From Candidatus Aenigmatarchaeota archaeon (GTDB lineage: Archaea > Aenigmatarchaeota > Aenigmatarchaeia > CG10238-14 > SCSR01), in contig JAWBTW010000009.1 of NCBI GenBank assembly GCA_039000165.1, forward strand, positions 1 through 30,112: a stretch of 30,112 bases of DNA. The letters run 5' to 3'. Below are positions 17,168 to 26,183 of this stretch, piece after piece; the stretch's first letter is position 1, and every line of letters begins with the position of its first letter. The position numbers and the translations under genes are program-made. Below the pieces are notes generated by a model. That model was not told where the DNA came from. It did not search any database and saw only the letters and a list, made by a program, of their open reading frames with translations.

Positions 17168-17508
17168 AGCTTAAGCAAGTTATTATAGTTAGAAAAGATT
17201 TGGAAATAGGAAAGGGGAAGCTTGCAGCTAGCGTTGCTCATGCTTCTGTGGCATGTGTAAGAAAAAGCGAGAAAAAAATAATTGAAGAGTGGGAAAAGCA
17301 AGGAGCAAAAAAAGTTGTTTTAAAAGTTAGTAGTTTAAAAGAACTAAAGAAAATTTATAAAAAAGCTAAAGATTCTGGTCTAGTTTGTTTTTTGGTTAAG
17401 GATGCAGGTTTAACTCAGGTAAAACCAGGAGAAATTATTTGTTTGGGGATAGGCCCTGCTGATGAAAAAGAAATAGATAAAATAACTGGAAAATTAAAAC
17501 TTCTTTAG
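17164..17508 (+). CDS. pth2: Peptidyl-tRNA hydrolase Pth2
   Basis: KQVIIVRKDL...GKGKLAASVAHAS, KKVVLKV, DAGLTQV, GIGP, IDKITGKLKLL; ATGA overlap with the upstream stop. Confidence 0.95.
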   Translation: MKLKQVIIVRKDLEIGKGKLAASVAHASVACVRKSEKKIIEEWEKQGAKKVVLKVSSLKELKKIYKKAKDSGLVCFLVKDAGLTQVKPGEIICLGIGPADEKEIDKITGKLKLL

Positions 17509-17510
17509 AA

Positions 17511-18167
17511 TTAACATTTAAGATACTTTTCCAGTTCTTCTTTTGGAGTTAACCCTTGAAAAACTTTTTCGTCAATAATCACAGAAGGATAAGTTGTGAC
17601 GTTAAACCTTTTTACTATATAATCCACAACCAACAAATCAACATCTGTAGTTAGCGGAACTAGCATCATTTTTCTTCCACATTTTTCTTTTAAATCAAGC
17701 AAAATTGCTGATTGTAGTTTATTATTAATTTCTTCTTCACTTGTTAAATTTTTCTTTTTAAACAAGTGAATAACAATACTATAATCAAGGTTACACTTTT
17801 CTTTAAGCTCGATGGAACCAAAGAGAAACTGAACTTGGAGCAGAGTATACCTTCTCCACTCTTGCTCAAGCTCAGGAGTAAACCTGCTTGCTTCTATAGC
17901 TTGCTCTATAACTTTCCCATAACTATAAATTTTTTCGTTGTACTCTAAATTTTCCTCAAAAGCTAAATCACAGTTATTTTTTTCAAGGTTAATAAAGTAG
18001 TAGTTTAACAATCTGGCATCATTCCACCTTATTTCACTTTCGCTTATGCTTTTTCTTATGCCTGACAATCTGTAATTTTCAACTATTATTCCTATCATTA
18101 ACCCTATGAGGAAAATTAAGACAGTAAAAATTGTTGGAGCATAATGAATACTTACTTTGTAAACCAT
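17511..18167 (-). CDS. Membrane-anchored protein with C-terminal thioredoxin-like fold
   Basis: Start MVYKV (18167), one TM helix, scattered Cys, FNVTTYPSVIIDEKVFQG...EELEKYL ending. Confidence 0.65.
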   Translation of the reverse strand: MVYKVSIHYAPTIFTVLIFLIGLMIGIIVENYRLSGIRKSISESEIRWNDARLLNYYFINLEKNNCDLAFEENLEYNEKIYSYGKVIEQAIEASRFTPELEQEWRRYTLLQVQFLFGSIELKEKCNLDYSIVIHLFKKKNLTSEEEINNKLQSAILLDLKEKCGRKMMLVPLTTDVDLLVVDYIVKRFNVTTYPSVIIDEKVFQGLTPKEELEKYLKC

Positions 18168-19384
18168 TTTCTTTCTCCTTTTAAGTACTTGTAAGCTCCG
18201 ATAATAAGAATAATTGGAGCAAGAAAAGCATAAATAGTTATGAAGCATAGCAACTCAAAAAAATTTAACTTGTAACTATGCTGCTTAAGAGATATTCTAA
18301 GCCAAACCATAGCTAAGAGAAAGGTTATAACTCCTAGTATAAACTTAATGTCTGGGTTAAAAACAAGCTCCCATCTTGCAAAAGGGTTAAGACCTAAGGA
18401 GAAGCTTTTACCAAGAAAAGTTAGAAAGTCAAAAGTGCTTAACCCTAATAAAACCATGAATATTCCTATACCAACAAAACTGCCTAAGTAACCAAGAATA
18501 GAAAATGGTAGGAGAAAAGTCCCTAGACCATAACTCTTTTTATTTAAAGATTTTACATGTTTAAAAAGGGTTTGAAAACCACCGATAGTCCACCTTACTC
18601 TTTGCCTTAGCCATTTTTTGAAGTTAGAGGGAACAAAAGAATAAACCTTAGATTCTAGGCTCATCCTTATTTTATACCCATAGGCTATTATTCTCCAGGC
18701 AATTTCTATATCCTCTGTTAAGTTTTCCTCGTCAAAATATCCTATTTTTTCAAGAACGTTCTTTCTGTAAACAGACATTGCTCCGGGGGTTGCTCCAATA
18801 ACATTGGGAAACTCTTCAGCCTTTCTCATAGAAGCTGTAAACATATACTCTAGAGACTGCATCCTTTCGAAAAAAGTTTTTTTTCTGGCTACCAAAACAG
18901 TAGAAGTTACTGCAGCAACATCTTTATCAAAGTATTTCATACAGTTTAACAAAGCGTCCTTTTCCAAGAAAGAGTCAGCATCCATAACAGCTACAAAATT
19001 GTTCTTAGATTTTTTTACTCCAAAGTTTAGGGCAGAAGCTTTTCCTCCTCTACTTTTTTTGAAAACTTTTACTTGCTTAGAAGCAAACTTTTTAGCTATT
19101 TCATAAGTTTTATCAGTGCTTCCATCGTCAACTACAATAATTTCAAGCTTATTTTTTGGATAGTTTATTTCTTTCAACTTCTTAATAGTTTTACCTATTA
19201 TTTTCTCCTCGTTGTAAGCAGGAACTACTATGGAAACTCCTGGTAAATTTTTTTCCCTTATTTTCTTTTTACCAGCAAACTTTTCTCCTTCAAACCAGTA
19301 AAACAGGTGAAAGACAACGTAATAAGCTGAGAAAAAAAGCAAGAATATGTAGATTATTTCAAAGAGTATTAGCATTTCATTCAA
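18152..19384 (-). CDS. Processive GT2 glycosyltransferase (cellulose synthase/PgaC-like)
   Basis: VVPAYNEE, VDDGSTD, GKASALN, DADS, TED, QRVRW; N- and C-terminal TM helices. Confidence 0.92.
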   Translation of the reverse strand: MNEMLILFEIIYIFLLFFSAYYVVFHLFYWFEGEKFAGKKKIREKNLPGVSIVVPAYNEEKIIGKTIKKLKEINYPKNKLEIIVVDDGSTDKTYEIAKKFASKQVKVFKKSRGGKASALNFGVKKSKNNFVAVMDADSFLEKDALLNCMKYFDKDVAAVTSTVLVARKKTFFERMQSLEYMFTASMRKAEEFPNVIGATPGAMSVYRKNVLEKIGYFDEENLTEDIEIAWRIIAYGYKIRMSLESKVYSFVPSNFKKWLRQRVRWTIGGFQTLFKHVKSLNKKSYGLGTFLLPFSILGYLGSFVGIGIFMVLLGLSTFDFLTFLGKSFSLGLNPFARWELVFNPDIKFILGVITFLLAMVWLRISLKQHSYKLNFFELLCFITIYAFLAPIILIIGAYKYLKGERKWFTK

Positions 19385-19952
19385 CCGTTATGTTTAAGCC
19401 AATCATAATTAATTTTATTGTAACTAAATCGAAATCAGAATAATCTTTTGCTTTAACGAATATCACACGATCTTTTAGCTCGATCAAGGTTTCGTTAGAA
19501 TAAACTGGATGGACCAAAGCTATTATAAGATTTTCTTGAGTACCAGAAAGGTTTTCATAAGATTCTACTTCTAAGCCATTAAAATTTGGCTTCATGTTTT
19601 TAGCTTTATAAGCTAAGTAAAGTTTTTGGATTATTTCCATTTCTTCTACTATATAATAAGGGTTTTCTTTTTCCCCTGCTGACTTAAAAGCTATTGTTAT
19701 ATTTTTTAAGTCAGAGTTGAAAAGCTCTTTATAAATTGCTTCTTCAGAAGGGTAAGCTTTTATTTTTTGAGCTTCCCTTAAGTCTGCTCTAAATTCAAGA
19801 AGATAGCCATTATAAACCAAAGAAGTTATGGGTTTTTTAGATTCTCGATAGTTTAAGTAGCTTATTAAAATTGCTGCTAGAACGCAAAATATTGCAAGAA
19901 ATATTAACCTATTCTTAGAAATTTTCAACTTTATTTTTCCATCCATTTCCAT
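19377..19952 (-). CDS. Hypothetical membrane-anchored protein
   Basis: Start MEMDGK (19952); one N-terminal TM; between the S-layer gene and GT2. Confidence 0.7.
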   Translation of the reverse strand: MEMDGKIKLKISKNRLIFLAIFCVLAAILISYLNYRESKKPITSLVYNGYLLEFRADLREAQKIKAYPSEEAIYKELFNSDLKNITIAFKSAGEKENPYYIVEEMEIIQKLYLAYKAKNMKPNFNGLEVESYENLSGTQENLIIALVHPVYSNETLIELKDRVIFVKAKDYSDFDLVTIKLIMIGLNITVE

Positions 19953-20023
19953 CAGAATTAAATTACATTTCAAAAATAAAAAAGGAAAAAAGCCGTCCAA
20001 AAAGTTTTTCAAGGCTGCGATTT

Positions 20024-22186
20024 TTAAGCTATGGGTGTAGCTGTTGCAGTAGCTACAGTAGTACCAGTTACTTCAACAGCTTTTGCTGTGCTTCCTTCAA
20101 GCTTGCCTGCCTGCAAGTACTGAGCTGCAAGTAATGTATCTTGAGCTCTCGTACCTGCAACTACTAGAACAACTTTTCCTGTTGTGCCATAAGCATCTTC
20201 TATTAGCTGGATTAGAGCAAAGTCTCTTCCTGGCCATGCTTCACATGATGTTATAGTATAGCCAGTTGAGTCTTTGAGCTTGCCATCAGCTGCTAACTCT
20301 GCAACTAATTCGTTAACACATGGTCCTCCAACTAGTACAAATGCTTTTGTTGATGTTTTGTCGCTTGCAGTTATTTCATCCGCAAACCTTGTTACTGGAG
20401 TCTTGATTGGAACCATTTCTTTATAGGTTCCACCTGTTGTTACTACTTCACCTATTTTACCTATGTAAACAAACGCTTTTTGTTGCTCTGCTGGAAGCTC
20501 AACAACAACTTTCTGATTTTCTGCGTTTGCTTTAATGTTTGCCTTTAACACTGAACCATAGAGTGAGACCAAATCACTAACTTCATAAGTTCCTGCGTCT
20601 TCGCCATTCCAATCTTTCACATCGCTACCTTCTGCCGAAGATGATAAGCCTAATATTACTCCAGCACTGGTGAAATTGTAGCTCATAGTTATATAGTTGT
20701 TACCTCCATCTTTTAATTTAAGTCCTGTAAATACTGTTTCATCATCTGATTTGTTCAGTAGAGTTATGTTAAATGAATGATCCTCGAATTTTCCTTGGAT
20801 ATTATCAAACGTAGTAATATCATTCGTACCTTCTGTGATGTTTACTATTTTCTTGGTAGTACCCACGAGGATTGGATAGGCTACATAGTAAGTTGGAGAT
20901 GTAGGACAACCGTCACAAACTACGTAAGCTTCTGATACTTCATCAGCACCGAATGTCAGCACATCACCTGTTGCCTCAATTTTTATAGCTGGCTTACCTT
21001 TAAGAAAGGCAGTTGTTGCATCCTCGTTTGCATAAAGGTCTATTTTTGTTGGTGAAAATGTTAGTGTTACAAAAGACTTAACGGTCAAGTGTGATATACC
21101 AAACTCAAACATATTGTTCGGTGCAACTATCTTTTCTCCTAAAGGAAGAGCTTTTGGTACTTCTTCTCCTTCTATATTGTACTCAACCTTTATTTTTTGT
21201 AGCTTTTTGTTTGAAAGATCGGTGATATCAGTTTTAATTTCCTTGAAAACCCATAAATCGCTTCCTGGGAATGTATCTCCTTCTTTATAAGTCTTATCTA
21301 CTTCTGGACCGACTACCATTCTTGCTGAAACTTTTCCTGTTATAGTTGAAGTTCTTACTTCAAGTACCTTTACCTGAAGTTGATAGTCTCCTATTACAAA
21401 GGTGTAAACTGCACCTTTTTCTATATAATCGTGCCCGACTTCATTTCCCTGAGCGTCCTTTACCACTACCTCTACCCATGCAGGTGCCTCTGCACTTCCG
21501 TCTACTACATATACTGTGTAATCACCATAAGTTACTCCTGTACCTGTAACAGAGTCAGATATTCCAACTGTTCCTGTTAACACTGTAATTTCTCCATCAC
21601 CTACCCCTGTAATGCTGAATTCTTTACCTAAGATGTTAACAGTAAGGGGACTAACATCGCTAAACTTACTTGCGTTTAAGTCTTCATCAAATTCTATCAC
21701 ATAAGCTAATTGCTGGCTTATCCCCTCAAGACTAGCGCCTATAGTTCCATTGAGGCTCATGCCACCAGGAAGCACTTTAACATCAGGCACCAGTACCTTT
21801 TCTTTTATTGTGTACTGAACTCTATTGTAAGTTATTGTCTTGGTACCCAAACCTATTGCTGTCTTGAGTTCTGTCCCTAATTCAGTTTGAATGTTGGTGT
21901 TGAAAGTTATTTCGTCACCTTTACAAGTTCCATACTCGCAGCTAACTGTTACTCCTCCTGGAACCTGTTTCACATCATAGTTCATTTCTGCAATCCTTAC
22001 TGCTAAGTCAATTCCTCCTAATACATCTGAAGCAGCTGCACTTCTTCCTACTATCACATAAGCATTTGCTCTGCTAGTTGTGTCAGTTTTTGTTGCTAGG
22101 AAACCTGGAAATTCTCCTAGCGTTGCAGCCATTGCTACTGGTACTAACATTATCGCAGCCAAAAAGGTTGCGATTAACTTTTTCAT
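20024..22186 (-). CDS. S-layer protein
   Basis: Signal peptide; VIVGRSAAASDVLGGIDLA N-domain; LVGGPCVNELV and LVVAGTRAQDTLLAA C-domain; GAGGT ribosome-binding site. Confidence 0.9.
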   Translation of the reverse strand: MKKLIATFLAAIMLVPVAMAATLGEFPGFLATKTDTTSRANAYVIVGRSAAASDVLGGIDLAVRIAEMNYDVKQVPGGVTVSCEYGTCKGDEITFNTNIQTELGTELKTAIGLGTKTITYNRVQYTIKEKVLVPDVKVLPGGMSLNGTIGASLEGISQQLAYVIEFDEDLNASKFSDVSPLTVNILGKEFSITGVGDGEITVLTGTVGISDSVTGTGVTYGDYTVYVVDGSAEAPAWVEVVVKDAQGNEVGHDYIEKGAVYTFVIGDYQLQVKVLEVRTSTITGKVSARMVVGPEVDKTYKEGDTFPGSDLWVFKEIKTDITDLSNKKLQKIKVEYNIEGEEVPKALPLGEKIVAPNNMFEFGISHLTVKSFVTLTFSPTKIDLYANEDATTAFLKGKPAIKIEATGDVLTFGADEVSEAYVVCDGCPTSPTYYVAYPILVGTTKKIVNITEGTNDITTFDNIQGKFEDHSFNITLLNKSDDETVFTGLKLKDGGNNYITMSYNFTSAGVILGLSSSAEGSDVKDWNGEDAGTYEVSDLVSLYGSVLKANIKANAENQKVVVELPAEQQKAFVYIGKIGEVVTTGGTYKEMVPIKTPVTRFADEITASDKTSTKAFVLVGGPCVNELVAELAADGKLKDSTGYTITSCEAWPGRDFALIQLIEDAYGTTGKVVLVVAGTRAQDTLLAAQYLQAGKLEGSTAKAVEVTGTTVATATATPIA

Positions 22187-22211
22187 TTTTTTACCTCTTT
22201 TTTATTTTTTT

Positions 22212-22249
22212 ACTGTTTACTGTTTCATCTTTTATCTACAGTAAACAGT
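22212..22249. repeat. Perfect 12-bp inverted repeat in the S-layer gene leader
   Basis: ACTGTTTACTGT (22212-22223) and ACAGTAAACAGT (22238-22249), 14-nt spacer. Confidence 0.85.
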
Positions 22250-22442
22250 CTCGGGATTTTTTCCTAACTTTAATTAAGCTTTGTATAATATTTAAGAATT
22301 TCTTGAAACAATTTTTACTTCTTAAAATCTTCTAAGTTAAGCTTCCTTTTTTAGGAAAATAAACCAAAAAAAAGTTTCTAATTGTTTCCAGAGTTAAAAT
22401 AAAATTAATTTTAAAAAAATAAGCTTTATTTTAACTTTTCAT

Positions 22443-23366
22443 TTAAAGCTTGAATTTCTTCTTCACAAGTTTGAGCTTGTTAGTTCTTCCTAAGCTTTCA
22501 ACCTCTATTAAACCCCTTTCAACCAAGCTTTTAACCACTCTACTAACCTTAGCTTTCGAAAGGTTAGTTTGCTCCACAACTTTCTTTTGAGTAATAATTC
22601 CGCCTGCAGCTATTATAGCATCCATAACCTTCCTTTCAAACTCGTCTAGGACAGAAAGAACAAGCTTTTCTGGTTTCTTAAAGAACCTTACATAAGCAAA
22701 AACAATAACTAAACCTATCGCAAGCCCAAGGATAATAATAGGAATTAAGTTTAATTTTTCAGCTTCCGCTATTTGCTCGTACAGAAACTGAAGTTTTAAA
22801 GGCTGGTTTGGTTTTATTCCTTCAAGCTTCCAAATAACTATTATTCTTCTTCCTAAGGTAGAAGTGCTTGCATTTTCAGGAAAAGAAACCTTGCTTGCGA
22901 TTAAATTTTCTTCTATCAAAGCCATTCCTTCTGGCAGCTTGACAGAAGCAAAAACTCTTTCTATTTCCTCTTTTAAAGAAAAATCACCATCAAAATAATA
23001 CTTCCCTTCCAAGCTTTTTACAAAATCGCTTGTTTCGTAATAAATTTTAACTGTTCTTCCTACTGAAATGTTTATATCGCACTTCACTTCAGAAATCCCT
23101 TTTCCATAAGCTTTGCAAGTTATGTTTCCAAACTCTGAACTTGCTCTCAAGTTTTCAACTCTTCCTATAACATCAAACTCAAGCCTATCCTTTATCTCGC
23201 TAAAAGTTACAGTTAAAGTAACAAAACTTCTTCCGCTTTTATCCACGTTAACGTCTATGCCATAAAACTGGACTTGAGCTAAAGAAATTGGAATAAAAAA
23301 AATTAAAGCTAGAAAAAATGAAACTATTGCTAAGAGCTTCACAAAAACTAAATGCATTTGAACCAA
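22443..23366 (-). CDS. Membrane-spanning regulator: extracellular beta domain, TM helix, C-terminal MarR-like winged HTH
   Basis: Signal/TM, second TM, LDEFERKVM...ITQKKVVEQTNLSKAKVSRVVKSLVERGLIE...GRTN. Confidence 0.85.
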   Translation of the reverse strand: MVQMHLVFVKLLAIVSFFLALIFFIPISLAQVQFYGIDVNVDKSGRSFVTLTVTFSEIKDRLEFDVIGRVENLRASSEFGNITCKAYGKGISEVKCDINISVGRTVKIYYETSDFVKSLEGKYYFDGDFSLKEEIERVFASVKLPEGMALIEENLIASKVSFPENASTSTLGRRIIVIWKLEGIKPNQPLKLQFLYEQIAEAEKLNLIPIIILGLAIGLVIVFAYVRFFKKPEKLVLSVLDEFERKVMDAIIAAGGIITQKKVVEQTNLSKAKVSRVVKSLVERGLIEVESLGRTNKLKLVKKKFKL

Positions 23367-23377
23367 TTTATTTTTTG

Positions 23378-24385
23378 CTATTCTGTTATTACATCAATTT
23401 TGAAACCGCATTTAGGGCATCTGTCTTTAACTAAGTTTATTTTCCTGACGAAAAAGCCTTCTCTTAAGATTAAAGGCTCTCTGCAATTATAACAATAAGT
23501 ATTTTCGTCAGCATGCCCAGGAACGTTTCCTATGTATACATACCTTAAGCCTGCACTTCTTGCCTCTTCTATACATTTTTCTAGAGTACTTACAGGAGTG
23601 AAAGGCAAGTCTAAAAGCTTGTAATCAGGATGGAACTGTAAGATGTGAAAGGGAATATGAGGACCAAGCTCGTAGTTGATCCATTCTGCAAGCTTTCTGC
23701 AAAGCTCTATGTTGTCGCCAATTTGAGGAACTATCAGATTAGTAATTTCTATGTGAACTCTTTGCTTTCTCATTTGCTTTAATGATTCGAAAATTGGCTC
23801 GACACTTGGGACTGACATGAACTTCTTGTAAAATTCTGGATCTCCAGAAGCCTTAAAATCGACAGTTGCTGCATCTAAGTACTTAAACTTCTTTAAAGCT
23901 TCTGGTGTTATATAGCCGTTAGTTACAAAGGAATTGAATATATTGCTTCTATGTGCCAATTTTGCAACTCTAAAAGCAAACTCGTAGAATATTGTTGGCT
24001 CTGTATAAGTGTAGCTTATTACTTTACATTTATTTTTTTCAGCAAGCTCAACAACTTCTTCAGGAGAATATTCCTCGCCAGGAACTTTTTCGCTTTTTTC
24101 TAAAACTAAGGCTTGGCTTATCGAAGCATTACAGCAAAACTGACATCTAAAATTGCAACCAGCAGAAGCGATAGAAAGAGCAGAAGAACCAGGATAAAAA
24201 TGGAACAAAGGTTTTTTCTCTATGGGATCGACGTTAACTGCAATAAGCTTGCCATAATTTAAAGTGTAAAGCTTGTTATCTTTATTAACTCTTACTAAGC
24301 AAAAGCCTTTTCCCCCTTTTGGGATAAAGCATCTTCTAGCACAAAGCTCGCACCTTATACCATTCCTTTCCTTTTGCCATAGCAT
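23378..24385 (-). CDS. amrS: AmmeMemoRadiSam system radical SAM enzyme
   Basis: CELCARRC...GFCLVR, DPIEKKPLFHFYPG, GCNFRCQFC, YTYTEPTIFYE, YVYIGNV, ENTYCYNC. Confidence 0.9.
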   Translation of the reverse strand: MLWQKERNGIRCELCARRCFIPKGGKGFCLVRVNKDNKLYTLNYGKLIAVNVDPIEKKPLFHFYPGSSALSIASAGCNFRCQFCCNASISQALVLEKSEKVPGEEYSPEEVVELAEKNKCKVISYTYTEPTIFYEFAFRVAKLAHRSNIFNSFVTNGYITPEALKKFKYLDAATVDFKASGDPEFYKKFMSVPSVEPIFESLKQMRKQRVHIEITNLIVPQIGDNIELCRKLAEWINYELGPHIPFHILQFHPDYKLLDLPFTPVSTLEKCIEEARSAGLRYVYIGNVPGHADENTYCYNCREPLILREGFFVRKINLVKDRCPKCGFKIDVITE

Positions 24386-24445
24386 AGCTTCTTTCGTTTT
24401 ATCACCGTATAATAATATATTGGTTTACCATAATATTATAGATAA

Positions 24446-24527
24446 GCCCCGATAGCATAGTGGTAATGCGCCCGCCTCGTATATTCAAGAAAGCGGGAGA
24501 TCGAGGGTTCGAATCCCTCTCGGGGCT
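24446..24527 (+). tRNA. tRNA-Thr(CGU) with 10-nt 37/38 intron (24482-24491)
   Basis: GCCCCGA TA GCAT AGTGGTA ATGC G CCCGC CT CGT A[TATTCAAGAA]A GCGGG AGATC GAGGG TTCGAAT CCCTC TCGGGGC T. Confidence 0.92.
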
Positions 24528-24547
24528 TTGAAAAAAGGAGGGAAAAA

Positions 24548-24838
24548 ATGGAAATAGTGCTTCAAGTTGAAACAAAAGATTATCAGAAAGTAAGAGAAAT
24601 TTTGCTTAAAGATGATTTGGTTTCTAGAGCAAGCGTAACTTTTAGAGAAGGGAAAAACTATGGAAAAGAAGGCTATTATTGCTTTATTTCAGGTTCAGAA
24701 GAGCAATGTAAGAAAGCTTTGGAAGTAACAAAAGAGCTAGCGAAAGAAATTAAAGATGAAGAAAAAGAAAAATTAATAAGTAAGATAAAAGAAGAGGAAA
24801 ATAAAGCCTTAGAAGGTTTTGGTTCGATATTTGGTTGA
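24548..24838 (+). CDS. Hypothetical protein between two tRNA genes
   Basis: GGAGG ribosome-binding site; 96 aa ending GFGSIFG; stop codon abuts tRNA-Gly. Confidence 0.8.
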   Translation: MEIVLQVETKDYQKVREILLKDDLVSRASVTFREGKNYGKEGYYCFISGSEEQCKKALEVTKELAKEIKDEEKEKLISKIKEEENKALEGFGSIFG

Positions 24839-24924
24839 GCGCTGGTAGTCCAGCCTGGTTAAGACGCAGAACTTAGCGGAACCCTGCCACGGCTGAAACG
24901 CGGGTTCAAATCCCGCCCAGCGCA
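24839..24924 (+). tRNA. tRNA-Gly(GCC) with 12-nt 29/30 intron (24870-24881)
   Basis: GCGCTGG TA GTCC AGCCTGGTTA AGAC G CAG[AACTTAGCGGAA]CC CT GCC AC GGCTG AAAC GCGGG TTCAAAT CCCGC CCAGCGC A. Confidence 0.92.
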
Positions 24925-25087
24925 TGAAATTCTATTCCTATGCACCACTCTTTATTACCTGAGAAGACTTGGAAATGTAAACTCAAATAAAACTCTTTTA
25001 AGATACTAATCAGGGTCGGTATTGGAGATTTTTCTTAACAAAATTATATTTCCACTTTCCCTATAATTATTAAAGAGGTAATTGTTT

Positions 25088-26095
25088 ATGATAAGAGATA
25101 AAGGGAAGCAACTTGAACTTAAAATAGAAAAATATTTTCAACTTAATGGTTATCAAACTAAAAGAAATATTGTTTTAGAAGGTAAATCTGGCGGAAAGCA
25201 TGAGATAGATATTCTAGCTGAAAAGTCTGATGCTGTAACTACTATAAAAATAATGGTTGAATGTAAAGCATGGAATAAACCAGTAGAAAAAGATGTTGTT
25301 TCTAAAGTGGGTTACGTACTTCAGGACTTAGGGCTAAATAAAGCAATAATAGTTACTCTAATGGGATGGAGAATTGGAGCTGAGAAAGCAGCTCAAAAAA
25401 TGGGAATAGAATTATGGGGGCCCCAAGAAATAGAGAAAAAATTGGGAAAAGTTTCTGTACAAGAACTTAAAGTTACAGAATTTAAGAAAGTTAGTGTAGG
25501 ATTCCTGCTTTCTATAAAGAAAGAGGAAGCGATTAGTATAATAGAAAAAGAAAGAAAAGGATTCTTTGGATTAGAAAAAGAGGATATAGCATGGATTAAA
25601 TTAGTAGATGTACCGTTTTACTTATTCCAAATAACTTATGGAAGAATACAAGGAATAATTAGTAGAAAATTGTTTACAAAAAAAATTTACAATCTCTATG
25701 ATGCATTAGAAGGTAGTTTCTTTAAAAGTTATGAAGAAAAGCCAAAATTAGAAGAAATTAAATTAACACTTCCGTTGCAAGCAAAAATAAAAGATAGTAA
25801 AGTTAAAAAAGTGATTGAAGAAATGTTTGAAAGAGCATCTAAAGTAGTAACCTATAGAGCTCAATTAAGATACAGAAGCAAGTTAATAAACCTAGGTATA
25901 CCTTTACCTGTTAGCAGTATTTCTATCGATGAAGTAACGGAGGTTTATTACCCCTTCTACATAGCTCTTTTAAGAAGAGGCGAAAAAGAAAGAATTATAG
26001 CAGTTGACGGTCTCGAAGGTAATGTTATAAAAAGTATAAGTGATGTACTTACTAAAAACTTAAGTTATGTTCTAGAAAGTATCAAAAGTTCATGA
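25088..26095 (+). CDS. Mrr-like PD-(D/E)XK restriction endonuclease with unknown C-terminal domain
   Basis: GKQLE...GKSGGKHEIDILAE...IMVECKAW...GIELWG; GAGGT upstream of ATG 25088. Confidence 0.82.
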   Translation: MIRDKGKQLELKIEKYFQLNGYQTKRNIVLEGKSGGKHEIDILAEKSDAVTTIKIMVECKAWNKPVEKDVVSKVGYVLQDLGLNKAIIVTLMGWRIGAEKAAQKMGIELWGPQEIEKKLGKVSVQELKVTEFKKVSVGFLLSIKKEEAISIIEKERKGFFGLEKEDIAWIKLVDVPFYLFQITYGRIQGIISRKLFTKKIYNLYDALEGSFFKSYEEKPKLEEIKLTLPLQAKIKDSKVKKVIEEMFERASKVVTYRAQLRYRSKLINLGIPLPVSSISIDEVTEVYYPFYIALLRRGEKERIIAVDGLEGNVIKSISDVLTKNLSYVLESIKSS

Positions 26096-26183
26096 AAGAC
26101 CGTAGGAACTTTGTAAGAAGTAAAAAAAAATCAAAGTAAGCAAAAAGTTATATTCATTCTAAACAAAATATTAAATGATTTGA

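Noticed and set aside
24923..26097. Integrated element bounded by att repeats at tRNA-Gly
   Set aside because: Only a 7-bp CATGAAA match at both ends, no duplicated tRNA 3' end and no integrase.
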